Assembly (NCBI RefSeq): GCF_020969955.1
Contig: NZ_JAHDSX010000054.1
Span: forward strand, 1 to 14,284
DNA length: 14,284 nt
Reading direction: 5' to 3'
From: Allobaculum fili
GTDB lineage: Bacteria; Bacillota_I; Bacilli_A; Erysipelotrichales; Erysipelotrichaceae
The notes under the pieces were generated by a model. The model did not search any database and was not told the origin of the DNA. It worked only from the letters and a program-made list of their open reading frames with translations. Positions 1 to 8,153 of this stretch are shown piece after piece (the first letter of the stretch is position 1; every line of letters begins with the position of its first letter). The position numbers were made by a program, and so were the translations under genes.

Positions 1-47
1 GGATCCGAAGTATGAAGAAAACGATGAAGAATAAAAAATACGCCAAG

Positions 48-72
48 CGGGATCTCGAAAGGGATCCCGTTT
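48..72 (+). terminator. Possible weak terminator hairpin after a truncated upstream ORF
   Basis: CGGGATC (48-54) pairs with GATCCCG (63-69) around an 8-nt loop and is followed only by TTT. It lies just after a short open frame that ends ...DPKYEENDEE* at 32-34. The T-tract is weak, so this is tentative. Confidence 0.3.
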
Positions 73-284
73 AGCGTATCTAATATTCAGTCTCGCGTAT
101 ACCCGTCGATTGTTTGACACTTACGAACAGGGCGAATGAACCTGAAAAAGGAACGGAGAAGAGAACATCGTCGGGCAGAGGTGATATCTGCAGCGCCAAG
201 ATGGTCTGACACCGAGCATCCGGGTTCCGGTGTCAAAAAATCGAATGTTCAAAGCCCATATTGCCGACTCCTTTCCAAGGGGGA

Positions 285-313
285 TAGAACGAGGATTTTC
301 GTTGTGTTATGAT
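285..313 (+). promoter_or_regulatory. Candidate sigma-A promoter for pnp (extended -10)
   Basis: TGtTATGAT at 305-313 is an extended -10. A weak -35-like TAGAAC at 285-290 sits at 17-nt spacing. The SD GTGAGG and the ATG at 351 follow. Called by pattern match only. Confidence 0.35.
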
Positions 314-350
314 AGCGCTTGATAAACTAAAAGTGAGGTAAATAGACAAG

Positions 351-2621
351 ATGGCTAAACAGGTATTTCATCTTGACTTTTGCGGAAAGAACATCACGGT
401 AGAAACCGGTGAAATCGCCAAACAGGCTAGCGGCTCAGTACTCGTCCGCTATGAAGACACGGTTATTCTTTCGACCGCAGTGGCTTCGGCCCAGGCCAAA
501 GAAGGACTGGATTTCTTTCCCTTAACGGTCAGCTATGAAGAAAAACTGTATGCGGCCGGCAAAATCCCAGGCGGCTTTCTGCGCCGCGAGGGACGTCCGA
601 CTGAACATGCGACACTGACTGCCCGAATGATCGACCGGCCGATCCGACCGCTGTTTGCGGAAGGCTTCCGCAACGAAGTTCAGGTGGTGAACACGGTCTT
701 TTCCGTAGATCCGGACGCATCGAGCGAAATGGCTGCGATGCTGGGTGCATCTCTGGCCCTCTGCCTTTCGGATATTCCGTTTGGCGGACCGATCGCCGGC
801 GTAAAAGTCGGTCTGATCGACGGGGAATTCATTGTGAACCCGGATACGGAACAGGCAGAACGTTCGGAAATTGATCTGACCGTTGCCGGTACGGCTCAGG
901 CACTCAACATGGTTGAAGCCGGCGCCAACGAAGTCAGTGAAGAAGTCATGCTCGAAGCGCTGATGTTCGGTCACGAAAAGATCAAGGAACTCTGTGCTTT
1001 TGAAGAAACCATTATTGCTGCATGCGGCAAGCCAAAACGCGAAATTCAGCTTTTTGCCTTTGACGAGCAGCTCGAAGCCGCTGTACGCGACGCGTACGAA
1101 AGCGATATTCGCAAAGCGGTATCCATTCAGAAAAAACTCGAGCGCTACGCTGCAATCGATTCGCTGATCGACAAGGCGGTAGCGGAATACGAAGCAAAAG
1201 AATACGAAAGCGAAAAAGCGAAAGCCAGTACGCTTAAGCAGGTTGGACAGATCTGCCGCAACATTGAAGCGGATGAAGTCCGCCGCCTGATCATTGAAGA
1301 CAAGGTTCGTCCGGACGGCCGCGCCATCGACGAAATCCGTCCGCTGAACTCGCAGGTTGACCTGATGCCGCGCGTTCATGGTTCCGCCATGTTCACCCGC
1401 GGAGAAACGCAGGTTATTTCCTCGACGACGCTCGGCGCGCTCAATGAAAACCAGATTATCGACGACGTAACCGAAGTCGATAACAAGCGCTTTATGCATC
1501 ACTACAACTTCCCGCCTTACTCCGTAGGCGAAACCGGACGCATGGGTTCTCCAGGACGCCGTGAAATCGGTCATGGTGCCTTAGGCGAACGCGCACTGTC
1601 CAAAGTTCTTCCTTCGGTAGAAGAATTCCCGTACACGATCCGTACGGTAGCGGACGTTACCGAATCCAACGGTTCGTCTTCGCAGGCCTCCATCTGCGCC
1701 GGCACGATGTCGCTGATGGCGGCAGGTGTTCCGATCAAGGCGCCGGTAGCCGGTATTGCGATGGGTCTGATCATGGATGACGAGAGCGGCAAATACACCG
1801 TTCTGACCGACATTCAGGGTATGGAAGACCACTTCGGCGATATGGACTTCAAGGTAGCCGGAACTGAAAACGGAATTACCGCTCTGCAGATGGACATCAA
1901 GGTCAAAGGCATTACCCGTGAGATTTTCCAGGAAGCCCTCGCACAGGCCAACAAAGCCCGCAAGGAAATTCTGGCCAACATGCTCGCGACCATTCCGGAA
2001 CCGCGCAAGCAGCTCTCGCCGTATGCACCGAAGATTGCCCAGATGAAGATTTCCGTAGACAAGATCAAGGATGTCATCGGACCGGGCGGCAAGATGATTA
2101 ACCAGATCATTGCCGACTGCGACGGTGTCAAGATCGACATTGAAGACGACGGATCCGTAGTGATTTATCACAAGGATCAGGCAGCCATCGACAAGGCGGT
2201 TGCGGCGATTAACGAAATCTGCCGCGAAGCCAAAATCGGCGACGTGTACGAGGGCAAGGTTGTCCGCGTGGAAAGCTATGGCGCCTTCGTCAACCTGTTC
2301 GGAAAAACCGACGGCCTGCTCCACGTATCCAACATCAGCTGGAACCGCGTAGAAAATGTGGAAGACGTTCTCAAGATCGGCGATGTGATCGATGTCAAAG
2401 TCACCGAAATTGAAGACGGAAAAGTCAAAGTCTCGGCCAAAGCGCTGCTTCCTAAGCCGGAAGGTTATAAAGAACCGGAACGCAGAGGTCCAAGAAATGA
2501 CCGCGGCCGCAGACCAGGCGGAAACGGAAGACGTCCGGATCATCGTCATGGCGACCATCACGGCGATCATAAAGACCGTCCCGCAGCGGCCGCTGAAACC
2601 AGCGAAACCCCGGCGGAATAA
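351..2621 (+). CDS. pnp: Polyribonucleotide nucleotidyltransferase (PNPase), with an unusual basic/His-rich C-terminal tail
   Basis: 756-aa ORF with PNPase hallmarks: [16 protein letters not shown], two RNase PH-like halves, a KH motif ([16 protein letters not shown]) and an S1 motif ([20 protein letters not shown]). An SD lies upstream and a strong terminator downstream. Confidence 0.97.
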   Translation: MAKQVFHLDFCGKNITVETGEIAKQASGSVLVRYEDTVILSTAVASAQAKEGLDFFPLTVSYEEKLYAAGKIPGGFLRREGRPTEHATLTARMIDRPIRPLFAEGFRNEVQVVNTVFSVDPDASSEMAAMLGASLALCLSDIPFGGPIAGVKVGLIDGEFIVNPDTEQAERSEIDLTVAGTAQALNMVEAGANEVSEEVMLEALMFGHEKIKELCAFEETIIAACGKPKREIQLFAFDEQLEAAVRDAYESDIRKAVSIQKKLERYAAIDSLIDKAVAEYEAKEYESEKAKASTLKQVGQICRNIEADEVRRLIIEDKVRPDGRAIDEIRPLNSQVDLMPRVHGSAMFTRGETQVISSTTLGALNENQIIDDVTEVDNKRFMHHYNFPPYSVGETGRMGSPGRREIGHGALGERALSKVLPSVEEFPYTIRTVADVTESNGSSSQASICAGTMSLMAAGVPIKAPVAGIAMGLIMDDESGKYTVLTDIQGMEDHFGDMDFKVAGTENGITALQMDIKVKGITREIFQEALAQANKARKEILANMLATIPEPRKQLSPYAPKIAQMKISVDKIKDVIGPGGKMINQIIADCDGVKIDIEDDGSVVIYHKDQAAIDKAVAAINEICREAKIGDVYEGKVVRVESYGAFVNLFGKTDGLLHVSNISWNRVENVEDVLKIGDVIDVKVTEIEDGKVKVSAKALLPKPEGYKEPERRGPRNDRGRRPGGNGRRPDHRHGDHHGDHKDRPAAAAETSETPAE

Positions 2622-2631
2622 AGTACGCAAA

Positions 2632-2665
2632 GATCAGAAGCTCACCCTTCTGGTCTTTTTGTTTT
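2632..2665 (+). terminator. Rho-independent terminator of pnp
   Basis: GATCAGAAG (2632-2640) pairs with CTTCTGGTC (2647-2655), giving 9 bp with one G-U. The loop is 6 nt and TTTTTGTTTT (2656-2665) follows. Confidence 0.85.
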
Positions 2666-2701
2666 GTACATATTCGAAAGCCGAAGAGAGACGGGCCGCT
2701 G

Positions 2702-2710
2702 TGCTAGAAT
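2702..2710 (+). promoter_or_regulatory. Candidate extended -10 promoter for the pepV-trmB-trx-hyp-murC unit
   Basis: TGcTAGAAT at 2702-2710 lies about 30 nt upstream of the ATG at 2741 and just after the pnp terminator. I found no good -35. Confidence 0.3.
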
Positions 2711-2740
2711 AGACAGGACAGAAAGAGTGAAAAAAACAAA

Positions 2741-4138
2741 ATGAATTATCGTACTCTTGCGAATCAGTATTTTGATTCCTTTAAAAAAGATCTCAAAACC
2801 CTTGTTTCCATCCCTTCCGTCCGGGATAAGGAACATGCGAATACGAATGCGCCTTTTGGTCCAGCCGTTCAGGATGCCCTGGAAACGATGCTGGCCATGG
2901 GAAAACGGGACGGTTTTGCCACCAAAAACTTTGACGGCTATGCCGGAACGATTACCATTCACGATGCCGGACCAGACGCAGAAAGCGTCGGCATTCTCGG
3001 TCATCTTGATGTTGTACCAGCCGGCGACGGCTGGACGCGTCCGGCTTATGATCTGACGCAGGAAAAAGGCTGGCTGTTTGGCCGCGGCGTTCTCGATGAC
3101 AAAGGCCCGCTGCTGGCGGCGTACTATGCCATGAAAATTTTGCACGATCAGAATGTAAAGCTGAATAAGACCGTGTATCTGATTGCCGGAACCGATGAGG
3201 AAAGCGGCATGGAAGGCATCGACTACTACCTGAAAAACGGCGGTCCGATTCCGGCGATGGGATTTACCCCCGATGCGGATTTCCCGGTCATTTACGGCGA
3301 AAAGGGAAACATCCATATGCTTCTCGAAAGCGATGCGCCCACGATTATTTCTTCCATGACAGCCGGCGAGCGTCCGAATATCGTCATTCAGAACGCGTCT
3401 GCCGTTTTGAACACGAAGGAATTTGATCCCGCGCTTTTCGATTTCTATCTGCGTACCAACGATCTGAAGGGTTCCTATTCCATTGAAGACGATGGCGTGC
3501 ATATTTCCATGATCGGCAAGCCGGCACACGGCTCTACGCCTTACCTTGGCAACAATGCCGGAGTACATCTGTTCAACTACGTTGGCCAGGCGTATAACGA
3601 CGCGCTCTCCAATGCGATGTATGCCCTGCTCAAGGACTGGAAAGGCACTCCGGAACACATCGATATCGACGGCCTTTACATGGGCTTTCTGACGATGAAC
3701 CCGGGCCAGATCGAAATCAAGGACGGTCACGCTTCCGTTCTGATCGATATCCGCTATCCAAACGATACCACTCCCGAAAAGGTTCTTGCCGGCTTTGAAG
3801 AAGCGGCCAAGGAAAGTCCGGTCGACATGCATGCGAAAATGGTTTCCGCAGGCAAGCCGCTTTTTGTAGACCCGAATTCCAGACTCGTAAAAGATCTGAT
3901 GCAGTCGTATGCCGACTACACGGGCGATACGTTCTCCCCGGCCATTACGATCGGCGGCGGCACGTATGCCAAGCACTTTGACAACTTCGTAGCCTTTGGC
4001 CCTGAAAAGCCGTGGGAAAAAGCACCGGCCGATCTGCACGTCGGCTCGATTCATTCCGCCGATGAAGGCGTATCCGAAGACGCACTCGAAGAAGCGATCG
4101 CCATTTACGCGGATGCGATTGAAAGGCTGGCTTCCTGA
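2741..4138 (+). CDS. pepV: M20-family dipeptidase (PepV / YtjP-like)
   Basis: 465-aa ORF with M20A metal-binding and catalytic motifs: GHLDVVPAG, GRGVLDDKGP and GTDEESG. The length is typical of PepV-type dipeptidases. Confidence 0.88.
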   Translation: MNYRTLANQYFDSFKKDLKTLVSIPSVRDKEHANTNAPFGPAVQDALETMLAMGKRDGFATKNFDGYAGTITIHDAGPDAESVGILGHLDVVPAGDGWTRPAYDLTQEKGWLFGRGVLDDKGPLLAAYYAMKILHDQNVKLNKTVYLIAGTDEESGMEGIDYYLKNGGPIPAMGFTPDADFPVIYGEKGNIHMLLESDAPTIISSMTAGERPNIVIQNASAVLNTKEFDPALFDFYLRTNDLKGSYSIEDDGVHISMIGKPAHGSTPYLGNNAGVHLFNYVGQAYNDALSNAMYALLKDWKGTPEHIDIDGLYMGFLTMNPGQIEIKDGHASVLIDIRYPNDTTPEKVLAGFEEAAKESPVDMHAKMVSAGKPLFVDPNSRLVKDLMQSYADYTGDTFSPAITIGGGTYAKHFDNFVAFGPEKPWEKAPADLHVGSIHSADEGVSEDALEEAIAIYADAIERLAS

Positions 4139-4767
4139 TGCGGATGCGCCGCATTCCCTGGGCTGCTGACTATCTGACTACATCGCCCTCGCGTGTTCAT
4201 GCGCCTGAGCAGAACAAAGGAAACTGGAATTCTTCGAAAAACGGAAAGCTCCATCTCGAAATCGGCTGCGGCAAAGGCGGCTACTCGGCCGTAATGGCCG
4301 CGCTGTATCCGCAGGATACGTTTGTGGCTGTCGAGCGCAACGAAAGCGCTGCCGGTCTGGCCGCGAAAAAATTCGATGAAGCCGGCGTGTCCAATCTGTC
4401 GCTCGTATATGGCGACGGCGCGGATCTGTCGCAGTGGTTTGCGCCGGGCGAGCTCGATATCATTCATCTGAACTTTTCCGATCCCTGGCCCAAAAAACGA
4501 AACGCCAAGCGCCGTCTGAGCGCGCCCGGTTTTCTCGAACAGTACAAAACGGTTCTGGCCGATAACGGTCAGGTTATTATGAAAACCGATAACCAGGCGC
4601 TTTTCGAATACTCCCTGCCTGTGTTTGCGCATGCCGGATTCATGCTGGAAGAAGTCAGCGTCGATTTTCGAAGAGAAGACCATCCGGAAGATCCGCTGAC
4701 TGAATACGAAGAAAAATTTGTACAGGCCGGAAACCCGATTTATCGGGCCATCTGGCAGAAAGGCTAA
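4138..4767 (+). CDS. trmB: tRNA (guanine46-N7)-methyltransferase
   Basis: The N-terminus MRMRRIPWAADYL, the SAM motif LEIGCGKG, NFSDPWPKKR and TEYEEKF closely parallel B. subtilis TrmB. The start overlaps the pepV stop by 1 nt (TGATG), which suggests translational coupling. Confidence 0.93.
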   Translation: MRMRRIPWAADYLTTSPSRVHAPEQNKGNWNSSKNGKLHLEIGCGKGGYSAVMAALYPQDTFVAVERNESAAGLAAKKFDEAGVSNLSLVYGDGADLSQWFAPGELDIIHLNFSDPWPKKRNAKRRLSAPGFLEQYKTVLADNGQVIMKTDNQALFEYSLPVFAHAGFMLEEVSVDFRREDHPEDPLTEYEEKFVQAGNPIYRAIWQKG

Positions 4768-4770
4768 AAA

Positions 4771-5094
4771 ATGAAACAGCTTCATACCCCGACTGAAGTG
4801 AAGAACGCCATGCAGCAGAACAAGCCTGCTGTTCTGGCGTGGTCCGCCGCATGGTGCCCGGACTGTGTATACCTGAAAACCTTTATCGATAAGATTGTCG
4901 CCGACAATCCGGAATTCGATTTTTATATGCTGGATCGCGACGAACTGCTGGATCTTGCCATTGAGCAGGAAATTCTCGGCATTCCGTCCTTTACTGTCTT
5001 TAAAGACAGCAGGGAAATCGGACGTTTCGTATCCAAGGACAGAAAAACCCCGGAACAGATTCAGGCGTTCCTCAATACGTGCAAGGAGGCTTAA
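4771..5094 (+). CDS. Thioredoxin-family protein (YtpP-like, WCPDC active site)
   Basis: 107-aa ORF with a WCPDC redox motif, a GIPSF cis-Pro loop region and RFVSKDRKT. An SD (AGAAAGG) lies 7 nt upstream. It starts 3 nt after the trmB stop. Confidence 0.8.
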   Translation: MKQLHTPTEVKNAMQQNKPAVLAWSAAWCPDCVYLKTFIDKIVADNPEFDFYMLDRDELLDLAIEQEILGIPSFTVFKDSREIGRFVSKDRKTPEQIQAFLNTCKEA

Positions 5095-5096
5095 CT

Positions 5097-5918
5097 ATGG
5101 GAATTAAAGACATGATGAAATCGTTCCTGTTTGAAACCGTCGATTCCATCGAAGACGATGACGAAGATGTCGTCGAAGAAACCACCGAAGAACCTGTTGA
5201 AGAACAGCCTGCAGCTGCAGAGCCTGTTTCTCCTGCGGTTCACGAAACGCCGGCGCCAGCCGTGCTCGAACCGGTCACTCCGGCGGAAGTGGACCGTCAG
5301 GCTAACGATTTCCTGGCAAGCACCTCCCGCAAGCCGGAATCTTCGCTCTTTGCGGGCGTTGAAGAGACGCTGAGTCCTTCGACAAACAGCAGCAGCCAGA
5401 CTGCCAGAAGCCATGCGAAAAAAACGGAAGCAAAAAAAGCACCGGCCCAGGCGCGCAAAGGTGCTTCCCGCAAGGATAAAACCGCCTTTATTGACTACTC
5501 TGCCGTTCTTTCTCCAATTTTCGGAAACCTTCCCGAAGATCAGAAAGATGTGGACGCCGTACACGATGCGATCAATCTGCCGGAACCGCAGGATCACTCC
5601 GACATGATTCAGATCATCTCGCCAATGTACGGCACAACTCCAAAACCAAAAAAGCGCGCCCCGCTTGGCGAACGCCGTTCCGCTGCTCCCAAAGCCGCAG
5701 CCGAAGCGCCCGCTAAGGAAGCCGAAAAAGCCGCACCGGCGCATGAGGCAGCGCAGGCTTCCGCAGCGGCGCGCACAAACACAAACCGCACGCGTCTGAC
5801 GGATGAGCTTCTCAGCAATGCCGCAGCCGCTTCGAATACCCATTCCAAACCTATGGATCTTGCCGCCTATCTTTCGCGTCCGGCAAGAACGTCTTCAAAG
5901 GACGGCGATAAGGAATGA
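5097..5918 (+). CDS. Hypothetical low-complexity (A/E/P/K/S-rich) protein with an N-terminal amphipathic helix
   Basis: A strong SD (AAGGAGG) lies 7 nt upstream of the ATG at 5097, which I prefer over the track's GTG at 5079. The stop overlaps the murC start (ATGA). The N-terminus is MGIKDMMKSFLFE followed by an acidic run. The motif SP(I/M)(F/Y)G occurs twice. I recognised no catalytic domain. Confidence 0.6.
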   Translation: MGIKDMMKSFLFETVDSIEDDDEDVVEETTEEPVEEQPAAAEPVSPAVHETPAPAVLEPVTPAEVDRQANDFLASTSRKPESSLFAGVEETLSPSTNSSSQTARSHAKKTEAKKAPAQARKGASRKDKTAFIDYSAVLSPIFGNLPEDQKDVDAVHDAINLPEPQDHSDMIQIISPMYGTTPKPKKRAPLGERRSAAPKAAAEAPAKEAEKAAPAHEAAQASAAARTNTNRTRLTDELLSNAAAASNTHSKPMDLAAYLSRPARTSSKDGDKE

Positions 5919-7234
5919 ATTATTTCTTTACCGGCATCAAAGGAACCGGCATGGCCGCTCTGGCCGAAATCCTTGCCGATCAAGGCAATGAGGTGCGCGG
6001 CTCCGATATCGAAAAATACATTTTTACCGAAGACGGACTGAAAGAGCGCGGCATCGAAATTTATTCCTTCGATCCCGCCAATATCCAGCCGGGCGATACC
6101 GTGATCGCCGGTCTCGCGTTTGAAGACGATCATCCCGAACTCGTTCAGGCCAGAGCCATGGACGATGTGAAAGTGTATCGCTACAACGAGTTTTTAGGCC
6201 ATCTTCTGGAATCCTACAATTCCATCTGCGTAGCCGGCTGTCATGGCAAATCCACCACGACTGGTCTGCTCGCGCACATTCTTTCTGCGTGGGAACCGAC
6301 CGGCTATCTGATCGGCGACGGAAACGGCCATATGCCTGCCGATGCGAAGCATTTCGTTCTCGAGTCGTGCGAATTCAAGCGGCATTTCCTGGCGTATCAT
6401 CCCGACTACGCGCTGATCACCAATATTGAGCTCGACCACGTCGACTACTACAAAGATCTTGACGACTACATTTCCGCCTTCCAGAGCTTCATTCGCCAGA
6501 CGAAAAAAGAAGCCGTCATCTTCGGCGACGACCCCTGGCTGCCCGGACTGAACTATCCCATTCCGTATGTCAAATACGGTCTGAACGACGGCAATGACTA
6601 TCAGGGCGTCAATCTGGTGCAGGATGAACACGGCTCTACGCTAAGCGTTCTGTACAAAGGTGAGAAAATCGTCGATCTCATCCTGCACGAAAGCGGATTG
6701 CCTTTCGTATGGGATTCCCTGGGCGCATTCGCGCTGGCGCATCAGCTTGGCATGCCGGCCGATCAGATTGCGGCACAGATCGATTCCTTTAAGGGCATCG
6801 CCCGCCGTTCTGTGATTGAAGAAATCGGCGAAAACGTTCTTGTAGACGATTACGCGCACCATCCGACCGCTATTCGCGAAATGATCCGCGGCATGCGTCA
6901 TCGCTATCCGGATAAGAAGATCGTCGCGCTGTACAAACCGGATCGCTATTCCCGTCTGGAGTATTTCCTGGACGGCTTTGCCGATTCGCTTAACGAAGCG
7001 GATGCGAGCGCCGTACTCGACTTTGATTCCAATATTCATCCGGAAAACGATTCGATCAAAGTGACCATTCAGGATCTTCTCGATCGTCTTGAAAATGGCC
7101 GTCTGCTGGAGATCGATGAAGTAAGCGCAAAGCAGCTGCAGAATCTGGGCCCCGCGGTTTATATCTTCATGTCTTCGAAAAACATTTATCTTCTGAAGAA
7201 TCTGCTCAAAAAGCGCCTTCTCGAAGCCGAATAA
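5915..7234 (+). CDS. murC: UDP-N-acetylmuramate--L-alanine ligase
   Basis: 439-aa ORF with the N-terminal GIKGTGMAALAEIL nucleotide-binding fold, the Mur ligase P-loop GCHGKSTTT, and DDYAHHPTAI. The length is typical for MurC. Confidence 0.92.
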   Translation: MNYFFTGIKGTGMAALAEILADQGNEVRGSDIEKYIFTEDGLKERGIEIYSFDPANIQPGDTVIAGLAFEDDHPELVQARAMDDVKVYRYNEFLGHLLESYNSICVAGCHGKSTTTGLLAHILSAWEPTGYLIGDGNGHMPADAKHFVLESCEFKRHFLAYHPDYALITNIELDHVDYYKDLDDYISAFQSFIRQTKKEAVIFGDDPWLPGLNYPIPYVKYGLNDGNDYQGVNLVQDEHGSTLSVLYKGEKIVDLILHESGLPFVWDSLGAFALAHQLGMPADQIAAQIDSFKGIARRSVIEEIGENVLVDDYAHHPTAIREMIRGMRHRYPDKKIVALYKPDRYSRLEYFLDGFADSLNEADASAVLDFDSNIHPENDSIKVTIQDLLDRLENGRLLEIDEVSAKQLQNLGPAVYIFMSSKNIYLLKNLLKKRLLEAE

Positions 7235-7262
7235 AGTCCGCCTCAAACTGGATTTACATGCG

Positions 7263-7303
7263 AAAATCCGTCGCATTCCGCAGGGAATGGACGGATTTTT
7301 TTT
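7263..7303 (+). terminator. Rho-independent terminator of murC
   Basis: AAAATCCGTCgCATTCC (7263-7279) pairs with GGAATGGACGGATTTT (7284-7299) around a GCAG loop, with one bulged G. It runs into an 8-T tract (7296-7303). Confidence 0.9.
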
Positions 7304-7541
7304 GAGGCGCTCAGTGAGCAGGTCACAAGAAGGCGCCTTCTGAATTGATCGATGGTATATTTGATTAATAACATATCCGTTTTAGATTAATGCGTTTAGT
7401 ATTTCTTTATTTTCCATTCTGGAAAACGACTGAATCTGGAGCCAATCGTCAAAGAATTTCTTTACGTCATCGAACAGAACACTGAATCTTTTCAAAGTTC
7501 AATGAAAAGTTTTCATCCGTAAGAATGAATAACGTCATCAG

Positions 7542-7550
7542 TGCTATAAT
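7542..7550 (+). promoter_or_regulatory. Candidate extended -10 promoter for the DUF948/acidic/ccpA-like unit
   Basis: TGcTATAAT at 7542-7550 lies about 50 nt upstream of the ATG at 7601. An SD (AAGGA) sits at 7591-7595. I found no clear -35. Confidence 0.45.
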
Positions 7551-7600
7551 TTGAGCGAATTGAAACATCTCAAAACGGATCAGACAGAGAAAGGAATTGT

Positions 7601-8062
7601 ATGACAGTAAATCTTGATGTTCTGATGTATCTGGCCAGAATTGCCCTGGCGATTGCGGGTGTCATCGCTCTGGTTTATCTCGCGATGCTCTTTAAATCCG
7701 TAATCGACACCATGAAGACCTTTTCCAAAACTCTGGAAGCCGTCAATCGGGATCTGGTAAAACTTGAGTCTCCTCTGAACACGATCGGACAGGTATCCAA
7801 TACGGTCGATCAGGTTTCGGATTCAGCCAAGAAGGCCGCCATGGGAGCCATCAAAGTTTTCTCAGAAGGTACAACGCGGCTCGGATCCAAAATGAACCAG
7901 AAATCCGAAGGCGTTAAGCGCAAATCGACCCGTCCAGAAACCGAGCCGGATGTGCAGCCGGAAAGTCAGTCTGCTCCTGCAGCCGATTTCCAGCCGGTCG
8001 GCATCGTGAAAAAGGAAGTCAGCGCCATCGTCACGGAAGAAAGCCAGACCCGGCCTGAATAG
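7601..8062 (+). CDS. DUF948 / YtxG-like membrane-anchored protein
   Basis: 153 aa. It has one N-terminal hydrophobic helix (ARIALAIAGVIALVYLAMLF), then a helical region resembling B. subtilis YtxG, then a polar, probably disordered tail. Its position next to murC matches the murC-ytxG synteny of Bacilli. Confidence 0.7.
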   Translation: MTVNLDVLMYLARIALAIAGVIALVYLAMLFKSVIDTMKTFSKTLEAVNRDLVKLESPLNTIGQVSNTVDQVSDSAKKAAMGAIKVFSEGTTRLGSKMNQKSEGVKRKSTRPETEPDVQPESQSAPAADFQPVGIVKKEVSAIVTEESQTRPE

Positions 8063-8153
8063 AAGGACTGAACGGCCAGCACAGGACGCCAGTCAACAGA
8101 CGTCCAGTCAGTCCAGAATTGTTTCGAACCAGGAAAGCCATGGAGGATATGTA

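Noticed and set aside
136-312. 58-codon basic ORF (MNLKKERRREHRR...) in the pnp upstream region, and an 8-codon - strand mini-ORF at 233-259
   Set aside because: The 58-codon ORF has no properly spaced SD and a composition typical of random purine-rich sequence. The mini-ORF has a good SD but no downstream gene on that strand within the window. Both are mentioned in a finding but not called as genes.
522-2630. Two long - strand ORFs (350 aa and 349 aa) antisense to pnp
   Set aside because: They are exactly antisense to a gene with unmistakable PNPase motifs. Their translations are low-complexity F/R/V/H-rich strings with no motifs. They are typical shadow ORFs produced by the codon bias of the sense gene.
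2392-2712. 106-aa + strand ORF overlapping the pnp 3' end in another frame and running through the terminator
   Set aside because: It is out of frame with a strongly supported gene and crosses the pnp terminator hairpin. Its lysine/arginine-rich translation is an artefact of the purine-rich pnp tail region.
2642-4054. 470-aa - strand ORF antisense to the dipeptidase gene
   Set aside because: It is a shadow ORF of pepV. It has no SD and no recognisable domain, and the sense frame carries the M20 catalytic motifs.
5079-5096. Track start codons upstream of the preferred starts (GTG 5079, ATG 10528, TTG 12027)
   Set aside because: In each case a downstream ATG (5097, 10567, 12057) has a much better placed SD (AAGGAGG at 5097 and GAAGGAGGA at 12057) or gives a family-typical N-terminus (DgkA at 10567). 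The longer versions would overlap the preceding gene.
4105-7276. Other antisense ORFs (4105-4785, 5091-5843, 5609-5848, 5867-6133, 6194-6631, 6641-7276)
   Set aside because: All lie opposite well-supported + strand genes (trmB, the low-complexity ORF, murC). They have no SD sequences or motifs.
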